DNA of 64,000 bases from Oopsacas minuta. Its lineage: Eukaryota > Animalia > Porifera. The stretch covers positions 372,001 through 436,000 of the forward strand of contig JAKMXF010000221.1 in NCBI GenBank assembly GCA_024704765.1, written 5' to 3'. A program made the position numbers and the translations under genes. Shown piece after piece: positions 22,022-33,191 of this stretch (position 1 is its first letter; each line of letters opens with the position of its first letter). The notes below the pieces were generated by a model that made no database searches, was not told where the DNA came from, and worked only from the letters and a program-made list of their open reading frames with translations.

Positions 22022-22588
22022 TTAGTTAATATGTCTTCTAGTGCCAGGAGCCCCCATTCCAGACTGACTTGCTCCTGTATTGGAACCAGCTTGAAGCCCA
22101 ATGATCTTTTTTCCTTCAATAATTGTTTGTTCCGAGAACTCTCTAACATTTGCATCTGCTTCCTTAGGGGACAAGATAGGTCCATCCCATCCTTTCTTGT
22201 GAGCCTTCCTATCAAGTGCGAAGAGTGTAGCGATAACCTGAGCCAGATCGTTAGCCTCGAAGAGGTCCAGAGTCACAAAACAATCCTTTTCACTTACGCC
22301 GTAATTCTTCGCAGCAGAAAGGAAAACTCCAACACATTCCATTTGCTTGAATGGCATGGATGTTTCTTTCAGGAATTTTTTAGCAACGCTGCCTGGGGCG
22401 ATCTCGTTAATGAGTTTGCATAATACTATTCCATCTTTTAGCCAAGTATGAAAATTATCTTCCAAACTTTCATCAATAACTGCTTCTATCCAGGCGATCG
22501 CTTTTGCTTCATCTTCGAAGGGGTACGTCTCCATCTTCTTCTTCTGGATATCTGCAGCGATTCCTGATTTTTCAGCTCGATGTGCCAT
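22022..22588 (-). CDS. Calponin/transgelin (myophilin-like) protein, paralog 1
   Basis: CH domain (LKDGIVLCKLIN, FKQME, DLFE) plus one calponin repeat IIGLQAGSNTGASQSGM. Confidence 0.92.
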   Translation of the reverse strand: MAHRAEKSGIAADIQKKKMETYPFEDEAKAIAWIEAVIDESLEDNFHTWLKDGIVLCKLINEIAPGSVAKKFLKETSMPFKQMECVGVFLSAAKNYGVSEKDCFVTLDLFEANDLAQVIATLFALDRKAHKKGWDGPILSPKEADANVREFSEQTIIEGKKIIGLQAGSNTGASQSGMGAPGTRRHIN

Positions 22589-23100
22589 TCTTGCAAATAA
22601 TTAGTTGTTTGGATTGAATTAACTACTAATAATAACTCAATATTCCTATTTATACACTCAACTAGGCAAAACTTTTTACCATAAATGGACAAAGAAACCC
22701 AAAACCATTTGAACTACCATAACATTAATGTATTTTGGTTTGGGTTCATTATTACCCCACGCTCATAGAAGTAATACACCAATAGATAATGTAGTCCAAA
22801 TGTGAATTTTCGAATAATTCGGATAAGAAATTCATTAGCAACATCTACGTAACACAGACAATCAAAAGTGTGTGCTTAAGAAATATTGTAAGAGGAGGTT
22901 TAATGCTCCAACGCTATGGTAAGCATAGAACACGCAATCAATGTAAAAGTTCTTTGATCAAATTCTACTAATATTCTGACAAAGATAACCACTATTAATC
23001 TATGATATTTCCTAGATTGTATAAAGAATGTCCAAAGCTATCAAAACGAACAAAATACTAAAACGCGATATTCTAAGAAAGTTAAAATAGAAATTATTAA

Positions 23101-24012
23101 CTAAACGAGAAAAGGTATGATGGCATATCTTCCACGCGGATAATCTTTAAACTCTCTCCTATAATTCTTATGCTTCCCAATAGCCCAGATTGCCATCTGG
23201 AGAAAGCCAGCTAATGTGAAAAAAAGCGCAGGTAGGCATTGGGTCATGAGAGAGAAACCAAACCAAGCAGCAACCTCGTAGCTGTAGTTAGGACAAGAAA
23301 CTAAGCCAAACAACCATGTGAATGGATTGAGCGTAGGGATTGGGATCCTACGTTCTGTAGTCCCACTTGCTCTGAGATTAGAGAGAGCTACGTGAATGCT
23401 AAAATTTCCTAATTCACAGAAAACAAATATAGCAAGGCCCGTGTATACCTGAGCCTCTCCAAAATTGGGTGGAGTATACTGAGGGTGATTCACATAGTAA
23501 GCAATGAATGCAGCGAACCCCCAATAATAAGACGAATTCTTGAATAAATTCATTATAGGCATGGTGCCATGGGAGAATTTGTGTATGAACAGAGTCTCAA
23601 GTATCCGCTTAAAATAGTGGAAAATCCAACAACCAGCTGCAAGCTCCACAACACAGTCGTGTTTCGGGATAGGCGTACCGTAGATATACTGAGGGAATAA
23701 GAAGAACAACGGGTAGATACAGAGAGGACCAAAGTACTCCCAGAAAAACACGATTCCCCATCCAATCTGTGGTCCTAGATCCTTGAAGTACAGCGTGTCG
23801 TTATCTGTAATGTTTAGCTCAGCTAGAGTTTTATTATCAGACAAAGCTTTCTCTTTAGGATCAAACTTAAACTGTTGACGAGACACATAGTATTTAGGTT
23901 TTTGTATAGCGTACAGATTCTTTACATTCAAAATAGTAGAGTCTGATTCTAGACCAGTTAGAGTGCAGATAACCTTTTCGGGAGCACGTTGATGAGCAAT
24001 CTTAAGCTGCAT
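23101..24012 (-). CDS. TECR: Very-long-chain enoyl-CoA reductase, intronless
   Basis: Ubiquitin-like N-terminus, YFKDLGPQIGW, ETLFIHKFSHGTMP..NLFKNS, VSCPNYSYE, YP..R.AIIPF. Confidence 0.97.
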   Translation of the reverse strand: MQLKIAHQRAPEKVICTLTGLESDSTILNVKNLYAIQKPKYYVSRQQFKFDPKEKALSDNKTLAELNITDNDTLYFKDLGPQIGWGIVFFWEYFGPLCIYPLFFLFPQYIYGTPIPKHDCVVELAAGCWIFHYFKRILETLFIHKFSHGTMPIMNLFKNSSYYWGFAAFIAYYVNHPQYTPPNFGEAQVYTGLAIFVFCELGNFSIHVALSNLRASGTTERRIPIPTLNPFTWLFGLVSCPNYSYEVAAWFGFSLMTQCLPALFFTLAGFLQMAIWAIGKHKNYRREFKDYPRGRYAIIPFLV

Positions 24013-24945
24013 TCTGTTATTATCGAATAACTAAGTTATTGAAACGAGCATAAACCTGAAATTAACATTTAAGAGTCTATAGAAAGAAGTGTTCCTTACA
24101 TAGTTAATGATTTTAAACCATACAACTAGCTATTGAAATAGTGGCTTCAAGTACAGAGTATTTCCTCAGCCAAATTGTACAAGTAAGTAATCCATAAAAG
24201 ATGATACATACGCGGGTCTACTGGCCAGGCATGTCTCATTGTTTCAGAAAACAGTGGAATATTGTATTATTACAAAATTGATGTAATTATTAACGTTATC
24301 TCTATCTGGACTTTATAATGATTAGGAATATAAACCTAGATTAATGAATATGGCTAAAATAGACAATTGAATATATATGCTATATTTATGAGAACACATG
24401 TGGTTGCAGGAGGTTCCAAATAGAACAACTCGTGGTCTAAACTTGAACTAAGTCTACAATTAATAAATGGTATATGAGAGCTGATTACTTGCATATCCAC
24501 ATATCCATTTCCTTAGAGGTAGTTTGTGGGGAACAGCATGTTTAAAGGAGGTGCTTATAATAGCTTGCTAATATTATAATAAAATAGAAAACATTATACG
24601 CAGGTAGGTATAAGTTACTTTATTGAGCGATGCATAGATTCGCTCAATTGTAGTTCTATGCAATGTACTACAGGTGATGTTCCTCTCACAGTAAACAATG
24701 CAATCATCCGAATCCAATGAATCGTCACGAATAACTCAAAAGTGATCAAATGCATTGCACTGCTTACAAACTCAGATTGAATATAGCCAATATTGCTAGA
24801 CAGATATCGTGACAGATTGAATCGGCTAATGCAGTCATTCAAATGGGAAATTGAATGATAAACTGTATATCTTAAACACTAACAAGAGGAATCTTATTAG
24901 GAGCTCCTAGTTAGATATGTGACTTGACGTCTCGTCAGATATCCT

Positions 24946-26244
24946 TCAGATTGCATCCATAGGAGTAGGAATATCTTCACTATTAGTAATTGATAATCTC
25001 GTTACTGCTTTACGTAATATGATAGAAACATACACAGATCCTGTCTTATCCTCGCATACAGCTATAAGATACCTCATGAGCGCATCACCACACCCCTCAC
25101 AGCCATACAGCTGTTGGAAACAAGTTATACTCTTCATAGCGAGTTCATGGTAGTTCTGATTTTTTGCTGTTTTGTCCTTTTTACGTTGAGAACACTGAGT
25201 TATAACTTTTATAAGAGCAAGTGACAACTGGAAGAGATGGATATGAATCTGTTGAGCGCAGTGCTGACAGATGTACAGGACTAAATCCATAGATTTATAC
25301 CTGACCTCTTCTGCAGCTAGGTCTGGGAGGGCTAGGAAGAATACAATAGCCTTGACTAGCTGGGAGAGATGAGGGAGGAGAGCTGACTCAAAGAGGGGAA
25401 CTGTTTGAGATAACATATTAACTCTATCACGCTTCAGTTCTATACTATAACTCTGCGGGATTGTAGACAATAAATTATAGAGATAAGTGTCGTGATGTGT
25501 GAGTCCTATAGTCAGGGGGGTTACTGATATATTTGGGGGTTGTTCAATGAGAGACAAGAGTTGTACCATAAGAAGTTGGAAGTTTGAGAGAACATTAGAA
25601 TAGTTAGAATAAACATATCTCTCTAATGCATGAAGTAATACCTCGAGGCGATTATATATAACCAAGTCTGCTTTGGTGACATTACGAGTCATGTATATAG
25701 TGCTTTTCAGACCGATAACTTGATTGTCTGGTGTCAGATCATCCAGTAGTCTCAGTAGAATTGGAAAGAATAAATTGAGATATGTACCCAAGGTAGGATA
25801 TGGGATATTTGATTGTATCCATGTAGCTATTAATCTAACTGTGGGAGAGTTTTCCCAACCATTTGTACTGATGAGTTGTTGTATTTGCTTGAATAGTTCA
25901 GAAATAACATAGCTATCATGTATTGTGGTTGTTAGGAAGGATAGTATGTCATTAACTTCATAAGCAGAGTAGATTTGTTGAAGTAATAGTTTAGAGAGTT
26001 TTCGAGTATCAGCGGAGTGCCATGAGCCGGGTATCTGATGCAGAGCTGCTAGAAAGAAGAGAGGAGAGAGAGTAGAAATATCCACAACAATAGCTTCACT
26101 ACTCAGAGCTGATAGAACGTTATTCAGAAGAGACACGAATTGCTCAGCACCACAAACGAATAATTCATCTGAGATAGTTGACAGCCCGCAGCATTCAAGA
26201 ATATTCCGATTTGATAAGTTAGATAAATCTGGAGTATAAGCCAT
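24946..26244 (-). CDS. TTI2: TELO2-interacting protein 2 (TTT complex), intronless
   Basis: FPILLRLLDDLTPDNQVIGL..NVTKADLVIYNRLEVLLHAL resembles the TTI2 core (LVISDDYQTENKILG..NVPAADLLQYNRAQVLYHAI); HEAT-like helices. Confidence 0.75.
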   Translation of the reverse strand: MAYTPDLSNLSNRNILECCGLSTISDELFVCGAEQFVSLLNNVLSALSSEAIVVDISTLSPLFFLAALHQIPGSWHSADTRKLSKLLLQQIYSAYEVNDILSFLTTTIHDSYVISELFKQIQQLISTNGWENSPTVRLIATWIQSNIPYPTLGTYLNLFFPILLRLLDDLTPDNQVIGLKSTIYMTRNVTKADLVIYNRLEVLLHALERYVYSNYSNVLSNFQLLMVQLLSLIEQPPNISVTPLTIGLTHHDTYLYNLLSTIPQSYSIELKRDRVNMLSQTVPLFESALLPHLSQLVKAIVFFLALPDLAAEEVRYKSMDLVLYICQHCAQQIHIHLFQLSLALIKVITQCSQRKKDKTAKNQNYHELAMKSITCFQQLYGCEGCGDALMRYLIAVCEDKTGSVYVSIILRKAVTRLSITNSEDIPTPMDAI

Positions 26245-26328
26245 GCTATAGATCTAATTTCAAATATTACTATTTGAATAAATCAGATAAACTTAAGCCT
26301 GTTCTGTTAACAATAAATAACAATCAAA

Positions 26329-26760
26329 TCAGTATTGATAGCTAATATGAGTTTTTATTTCATCTAACATTTCTTGTAGCTCCTCATCATCTATGTTACT
26401 CTCTAAACTCCTTATATATGATTTAGCCTCATCAGCTACTTCAGGACACAGATTACCAATAGCTACCATCTCAAATGGATGTAGTGATTTGGTGGATAGA
26501 GTCTGTCTTACTGTTTTGACTGTTTGCTCGTTTGTGAATTTACTGAACTGTTGGACATAATCATAAGTCTTCTGGAATACCTCAGGGAGTTCTTGATCTT
26601 CATTGAAAGTCTCCTGGAGCTTCTTCCTCTCCTCGAGTAATAGTTTCACTTCGCTAATCATCAGGGCTTGTGCATTGTCGAACTCTTTGTTGAACTTTAG
26701 GTCGTTAGCATCTTCCTGGTTCTCCATGCCTTCTCCTGTAACTGCATTGCTAGAAGCCAT
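26329..26760 (-). CDS. POLR2D: RNA polymerase II subunit RPB4, intronless
   Basis: EDANDLKF..EF.NA.ALMISEV, KTYDYV..FSKF, LHPFE...IGNLCPE.ADEAKSYI.SL. Confidence 0.97.
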   Translation of the reverse strand: MASSNAVTGEGMENQEDANDLKFNKEFDNAQALMISEVKLLLEERKKLQETFNEDQELPEVFQKTYDYVQQFSKFTNEQTVKTVRQTLSTKSLHPFEMVAIGNLCPEVADEAKSYIRSLESNIDDEELQEMLDEIKTHISYQY

Positions 26761-26816
26761 TAGCTAATTTCATAGAAATAGAGATTTACTTATTCGCTGT
26801 GAGTAAACCTAAGCGA

Positions 26817-26956
26817 TATAAATCAACTCCTGTTATATCGAAGCTCAAGGGACAGCGATAATTACTTCGGTATAACCGATTAAACTTCTGTTACTGCGAC
26901 AGTTTGGGATTATATTTGTACAATTTAAGAGTTCGATATAACAGGAGTTGTCTGTA
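26817..26956. mobile_element. Tigger/pogo-like MITE of about 135 bp between ICT1 and POLR2D
   Basis: Perfect 19-bp inverted repeat CAACTCCTGTTATATCGAA (26824-26842) / TTCGATATAACAGGAGTTG (26932-26950). Right end ...TCTG-TA; left terminus slightly decayed. Confidence 0.7.
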
Positions 26957-26985
26957 TTATATTTCCTTTAATTAATAAATACTAA

Positions 26986-27528
26986 TCATGTATAGCCAAA
27001 TGGATCTCCTTTCCTCTCCTTCCTGGACATTTTAAACATTCTCCTTCTTTCCTTAGCACTTGCTTCTAACTCTTTTATCTTCAAACGTTTAGCTTCATTA
27101 GGTACACTAGGCTTATAAAACGACCTTTCTATGATAGATTGCAGTTTTATAATAGCATTTCTTTCGTTACAAAGTTGGTTACGAGTGGACTGAGATTCTA
27201 AGAGGAGAATTCCGTCTTTTGTGAATTTGTTCTTATGCTTAGTAAGCATAGCTTGCCTAACCTCCTCTGGGAGCCAGTCAGCTGTATTTATGTTAAATCG
27301 TATTTGTACCTTAGTCTTGAGTTTGTTAACATTTTGACCTCCAGGACCGCTACTCTTTGAGTATAGTATTTCAAGCTTATCTACAGGAATTCTACCGTAC
27401 TGAGTCATGTATGTTTCTGAATAACAGTTCGATATAACCGAGTACATAGCACGTAAAGTATAGAGAGAAGGAGACCGAGTTTTGTGAAGCAATAAGCATC
27501 GGAATATAAACAGATTGGTTTTAAACAT
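26986..27528 (-). CDS. MRPL58: Mitochondrial peptidyl-tRNA hydrolase ICT1/mL62
   Basis: YSKSSGPGGQNVNK GGQ motif, DG.L...SQ.TR.Q, basic C-terminal tail, presequence-like N-terminus. Confidence 0.95.
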   Translation of the reverse strand: MFKTNLFIFRCLLLHKTRSPSLYTLRAMYSVISNCYSETYMTQYGRIPVDKLEILYSKSSGPGGQNVNKLKTKVQIRFNINTADWLPEEVRQAMLTKHKNKFTKDGILLLESQSTRNQLCNERNAIIKLQSIIERSFYKPSVPNEAKRLKIKELEASAKERRRMFKMSRKERKGDPFGYT

Positions 27529-28012
27529 TCTAGGCTAATACTAGTAATAGAGATTAGTTAAAATCCGTAATTTATCGAAAAAGAAATTACTTAAAGTTAG
27601 AAAAGATTCGGAAATGATAAACACAATCGGAGGACTATTCCGCGGATATGAACTGGAAATTCTAGAAATCTCCACAGATTCAAAACACAATCGATTATAC
27701 TATAACTGAGTCAGTTACGAGGGACAAAATGTACCTGAATACTAGCATAGTAAATAATCGATAGCATTGGAATCTGACCTACTCGTATCCACAACAGGAA
27801 CGTGTGCCTAGATTAGAACATGGATGTGTTCATGAACTACAGCCCCATCCAAACTCTAAGCCAGCTAGCATTACCCATCATGAATAAGTAAGATATAATT
27901 ATAGATTTTTACTTCTCAGAAAATATGAATAAAGATGTTTCTAGTTTGTCTGCTATAGAAGAGCTACGAGCTACTCTTACTACTATCTAGAAGTAACGCT
28001 AACTACCTGCTA

Positions 28013-29490
28013 TTAGAGGTACTTTTGTGAGCCATACATCTGTCCTCTATGTACACGTATGAGATTCCTGTTACCTCTACCTCTGCCACCTGCATATCTA
28101 GAATAACGAGAGGACTGAGCGCGGGGATCCTGTCTCCTGGTATGAATAGTCTCAGTTTCCATCGGTTTATCCTCTAGAGGATCAGTTCGCATTCTCTTAT
28201 CTGGAATAGGAGAGACCTCGTTTATAAGCTGAGGTGCGGAGGCCTCAGGTTTTGGAGGGACCATTTCGACAACTTCTGGTTCGGCATGATGTTCTTCTAC
28301 TCCTAGACCCATATTCATCTGCTCACCGAGCTCAGCAACTGTATTATCTTCAGCAGGAGTCTCATTGAGCTTTCTCTTCCTGTCTTCTTGTCCGTAAGGT
28401 AAAATATTCGTGTATTTCTTATCCAGACCTATCCCCTTGATAGCTAGGATGGAAGCTTCATACTTTGCTTGTCTCTTGGTTGGTAATACATCACTGATAT
28501 ATACGAGTTCCCTTCCTGAGTCATTGATCGTTACAGTACAAGGATCTGTGATTAAGTCATGCTGAAATGTAACGTTCTTGGCACCAAATTCCTTTAGAAG
28601 CAGAGTTACCGGATGTAAACTTATGCTATTAGGATCTGTAGAGTTCTGCTTTATCCGGCCTAGTCTATATTCCCAATCAGGGAACTCCAGCCCTTCTAGT
28701 TCCTTAAGAGCAGCTACACAAGCATGCATACGAGATAGATGAGGATTGTTACCAGGTATTGTTACTGGGAACACATGATCTCCTATTGTTACTGTAGTAG
28801 TAGCTTGAGTCTTGATAAGAGCGTCAGGGTATTTCTCCCTTAGGATACTAAATGGAGTATCCTTATTTGTATGTGATTGTTTAGGGACTTTCTTAGGAGC
28901 TGGTGACGTAAGAGGAGCATACTGATTGTACGCGTGGTAAAATTGAGGATTATGGGGGCTTGGGTATCTAGGTGAGAAAGCCATTGGACCCCAGGGATTA
29001 GGGTACATAGGGTGCATATAAGGAGTTCTGTTTATAGGGGATTTTTCGTTTGCCTCTTCTGGAAGATTTGCGGGATCACAGAGGAACTCATAGGCATATT
29101 GAGCCGCAGCCTTGCGAGCCTATAAAAGGAAAAAATTCAATATTAATCAAAGCAAATTACAATCAATATATTAACTATGACTACCTTCTTTTTAGCCTGT
29201 CCAAATGCTGTAAAGGTCTTATCGATTCCTTCAATCTTCAACACTACTCCAAACGGCTCTGTAGGAGTACCAGCTGTCTCAGTAAAGCGTACATCTTTGT
29301 AACCAAGAGCCATCAAATCTTGTAGAGGGTTCTCATTAACCGGGGGGTAAACTGGGGTTGGGTAGTAGCCTGGCATATGCATACCAGGGTACATGACGGG
29401 AGGGTTACCAAGCTCCGCAGAGAACCCGTACTTGTTCTCCTGACCGCTTAGTTTTGCGTCAGCGGAGAAATCTTGTCCAGACTGTTCCAT
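28013..29490 (-). CDS. Double-stranded-RNA-binding-domain protein of about 470 aa; exons 29490-29185 and 29119-28013
   Basis: A 65-bp phase-0 intron joins FGQAKKK|ARKAAAQYAYEFL, the dsRBD helix-2 motif. Two more divergent dsRBD-like units (TPFSILREKY..; HPVTLL..TKRQAKYEASILAI) and an RG-rich C-terminus. Confidence 0.75.
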
Positions 29491-29627
29491 TATTCTTCTA
29501 TAACTAATTCACAATACAAGATTACGTTAGATTATTCGCTAATTGTATTGTGATATCAATGCAGTGAATAGAGCTATAGATTAATAATATATGGAATATC
29601 ATGTGATGTGTATATGTATATGAAGCA

Positions 29628-30014
29628 CTACTTTCCTTTCTCTTTAAAATAACTACCCAGATTCTCAGCCGATTCAATACACACACTAGCATATTGGGTA
29701 TTGTTCCATGTAGTGAATATTATCAAGGTCTTAGTCTTGACTAACACCAACCCATCTCTCTTATTCACTAAGTATATAGAGAATTTATCTGCACGTATTG
29801 CCCGGTAGGTTACCCCACCAAATATCACGCCATCTTCTCTACACCTGGGGAGATCTTCGAATAAAGAGACCAGATAAGTGATGTCATCAGAGCTCAAATT
29901 GAATCCTAAACTAGCTACACGTAATGAACTATCCTGTCTCCGAAATATGGCAGCATGTTCCACGTGATTTGTGTCTATTAGTCGCTTCTGTATTAGCTCT
30001 GGTATTTCATTCAT
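29628..30014 (-). CDS. PFN4: Profilin-4-like protein (ATG at 30014)
   Basis: HVEHAAI..SLRVASLGF, YRAIRADKFSIY, SVCIESAENLGSYFKEKG align with PFN4 (HVDSAALI..YRCVRADEYSLY..SICVEATESLGDYLRKKG). Confidence 0.85.
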   Translation of the reverse strand: MNEIPELIQKRLIDTNHVEHAAIFRRQDSSLRVASLGFNLSSDDITYLVSLFEDLPRCREDGVIFGGVTYRAIRADKFSIYLVNKRDGLVLVKTKTLIIFTTWNNTQYASVCIESAENLGSYFKEKGK

Positions 30015-30205
30015 AGAGACCACAAATACCAATGAACTAAGGGGTAACTAACAATATGCAATGAAATTAAAGTATAGATATTTGCGAGACGAACCATGGA
30101 GAAGGATGGACCCAATTCCTTAAGATAGATCATATAATGTTATATTGATATTACATTATTGGTGGATAAATATGAATAGACAGTACAAATAATTATGTAA
30201 GGTAC

Positions 30206-30232
30206 TGTGTATGTGTGTGTATGTGTGTGTGT
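30206..30232. repeat. Imperfect (TG)n microsatellite just downstream of the RIB43A stop codon
   Basis: tgtgtatgtgtgtgtatgtgtgtgtgt is visible in the sequence. Confidence 0.85.
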
Positions 30233-30244
30233 AGAAGTGATCGG

Positions 30245-33123
30245 TTAACGAGTACTAGTATTGAATTGAGAGAAATATTCCATGGATGGTTTGTTCGTAT
30301 AGAGTTCTCGATCCATGAAATTCTTCCTAGAACGTTGCTCTTCTCCCAATCGAGTGTTGTCATCATACATTTGTTTGTCTAAATCAGTTCTTCTCCTGAC
30401 ATCCCTGGTTTCTAGAATAGTCCCTAATCTAGCCTGTGCTATCCTGTTTCTATCCCATTCCATCTCTTCTAGACGTTCCTGTGTCTTCTGTTCTCTCTTT
30501 TCCTGGCACTGGGCTGCTTGTCCGTCAAGTACGTGTTGTCTCTACAAATATACAATAGTGAATAGCTATGAATAGTTACAGCAAACTCCCGTCATATCGA
30601 AGCTTTAGAGACCACTACAATTACTTCGGTATAAATTTTTGAGTGGTAATACCTGCTCAGCTGTGAATCCCTTCCATCTATCTGTGACTACACGATGAGA
30701 CCCAAAAGCTGATTGAGATACCTCTGGGTTCTCACTCAACAAGTCAGAATTTATCCAATTAGAGAGTTCAGCGAAATTATCGTCTTGTTCCTGAGCCTGT
30801 TCTTGCTGTCTGTTACTCCGTCTCTCCTCTGCTTGACGGACATTATCAGATTTCCTATCAGTCTCTAATCTACGTCTACTATCTTCAAAGTTCTTATTCA
30901 TCTCAACTGCTCGTCTGTCTAGCTCTCTAGATCTCAGCTCGTACTGACGAGACGCTTCCCTCTTCTCTGAGGATACTCTCTGCTTGTCTGCCATCTGGCC
31001 TGTTAGCCACTCTCTCATTTGCTCCTGTTGGAGCTTACGTCTCTTCTCATAGTTTAGATCTTCTCCTGCGAATCTATTACAGAATATTAAAGTATTCAGT
31101 AAAGAATTTCACAAATATTTCTAATTAGAGAAATATTATTATATCATAACCCGTAATATAGAATGCCCTAACAATAAAAGGGGTCATGGGTGGTCAGCTG
31201 GACTCCAGAGCATCCGAGGGGGAATTACAATCTTGCGGAGTTCAGTATAATCCAGAAATCATATTACACAACATTGCATAATCAAATAGTTGGCCTGTAC
31301 ATGTAGCCCCCTTGTCTGAGATCTTTTGGTTTACAGTTAAAGGAATATTCTACAACCCATGTCAATACAATCTGGGACACTTATTCATAAACTGTACGCC
31401 AATTTTAATATTTAACCAGAGTCGGGACAATTATTCACTACTTTGGTATAACTTGTATAATATCTTATTACCACTATACTGTAAGTTTTGACATTAGATA
31501 ATACGAGCAGTGTAACAGACAGGGAAGCTAATTAATAATTCAAGTATCCTCATTGCTACAAAGTAAATTAATTTTAGTGAAACTTTGGGATAGAAATTCG
31601 AACATAAGAAGTATAAAACTATGAAAAAAGAAGAGACCTATCAAATACTGAAGAGAAATAATCATGGGTAACCGCGTAACAAACTATTCAAAGGTGGTGA
31701 AAACTCCAATTCAGACTGCAATCAGTACTAAATACTTTAAAACTCAGTTCACAATATTAGTGCAAGAAGCAAAGCTGTGTGAATGGAATAACAAACTGAT
31801 GGAGAATGTATTTACTTAACGGATGGGGTAGACAGGAAGCACCTAGAATATCAGTGTACTCTTATTCTGGAGAGCTCGTTACAAGTTTCTCCAACGAAAA
31901 AATGATTTGTACGAGCTGCATAGAAATACACAGAAATAATATCTACGTTATTGACACTAAAGCACATGCTGTATTCCATTTCGGTGAGATAGAAGGATTT
32001 AGTATCTGTAGTATGGTCGGAGGGAAGGGATCAGCTGACACAATTCAAATGTCCAACTCAATTATAGGTATCTACCAAAGGAGAAGTCTACGTAGCAGAT
32101 AGATACAATGACAGAGTACAAATACTGGATGGAAGTTTGAGGTATGCTCGTAGCATTACTCATCCTACAATTATACAGCCAATTGATGTTAAGAGTGTAA
32201 AAAATGAAGTGATTGTACTCAGTTATTCAGACTCATATAACATACATACATCCTCTGCAGATGAAAAGAGGATGACTTATAATCTCAACAGTATACAGTC
32301 TAGGTATCAACTTAAAAGCGTTCAATTGGGGCCTATGAATAGCATACTAATGAGAGAAGAGAGCGATAATGTAATTAAACTATTCTCATGTGAAGGGAGG
32401 TTGTTACAAGAGATTGAAGTCAAGAATAAATTGAGGACAGTTAAAACTATAACTCGAGACTCCAGTATCGGAATAGTAGGAATATATAAATATAAAGCAA
32501 ATTTTGGACTTGAAATGGTCTCAAGACAGCAGATGGAGACAAGCTAGATGTCCAAAAAATAGTAACACTAATGTTGTTTCAAGGATATCATTCATTCATT
32601 CATTTCTTATTATTAATGTGTATTGAATAAATGCTAAATATACTCACTTTTGCATTCCTGAGACAGTAAGGCGGGGATCTTCGTCTCCAATACGAGCTGG
32701 ATTGTCCTTAAGTTTCGTTTGAGGATCATTTAAATCAAACTCTAATCTATCCTGGAATCTCTGATTCTCCTGTCTGTATCTGATCATTGATTGAGAAAGG
32801 TCCTTAGCTTGGTCACTTCGTCTCTGATCCAATATCTGACAGAGCTTATCGTTTTGTATCATTTCTCGTCCGAAGGCATCAGTTCTGTTAGCTTCCTCTG
32901 CTTCTAATTTTTTCCTATCTTCAACCTAAAAATAGGAAGAATTAATCTAAAATATTCTAATTAATAAAGTTATTCTTACTTGCGAATTGATCGCATTAAG
33001 ATCTAGTCCCATAGTTCTCTCTCTAGCATTGAATATAGTGTTCTTCCTTTGTTCCTCTCTCTTTCTACGTGCTTCTACAGCTAGTTTCTCACGCTGATCG
33101 GGGGGTAGGTCTACCTTATACAT
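30245..33123 (-). CDS. RIBC2: RIB43A-like ciliary microtubule inner protein; exons 33123-32980, 32925-32648, 31073-30653, 30541-30245
   Basis: MYKVDLPPD..IFNARERTMGLD, EFDLNDP, SGMQK|FAGEDL, SDLLSENP, DRWKGFT, YFSQFNTSTR. All junctions are GT-AG and phase-consistent. RIBC1 versus RIBC2 is unresolved. Confidence 0.92.
31620..32547 (+). pseudogene. Degenerate NHL-repeat (beta-propeller) gene nested antisense in RIB43A intron 31074-32647; 5' limit approximate
   Basis: GGKGS in one frame continues, after a frameshift near 32039, as QFKCPTQL*VSTKGEVYVADRYNDRVQILD, an NHL consensus with an in-frame TAG at 32065-32067. Confidence 0.7.
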
Positions 33124-33191
33124 CTAACTATCAATATTAAAAATATATTCCAAATAATTAAAGTCGAAATAATAAATATTCAAAAGATTAT

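Noticed and set aside
22698-22750. Imperfect inverted repeat upstream of calponin paralog 1
   Set aside because: Short, low-complexity (A/C versus G/T runs), no clear target-site duplication.
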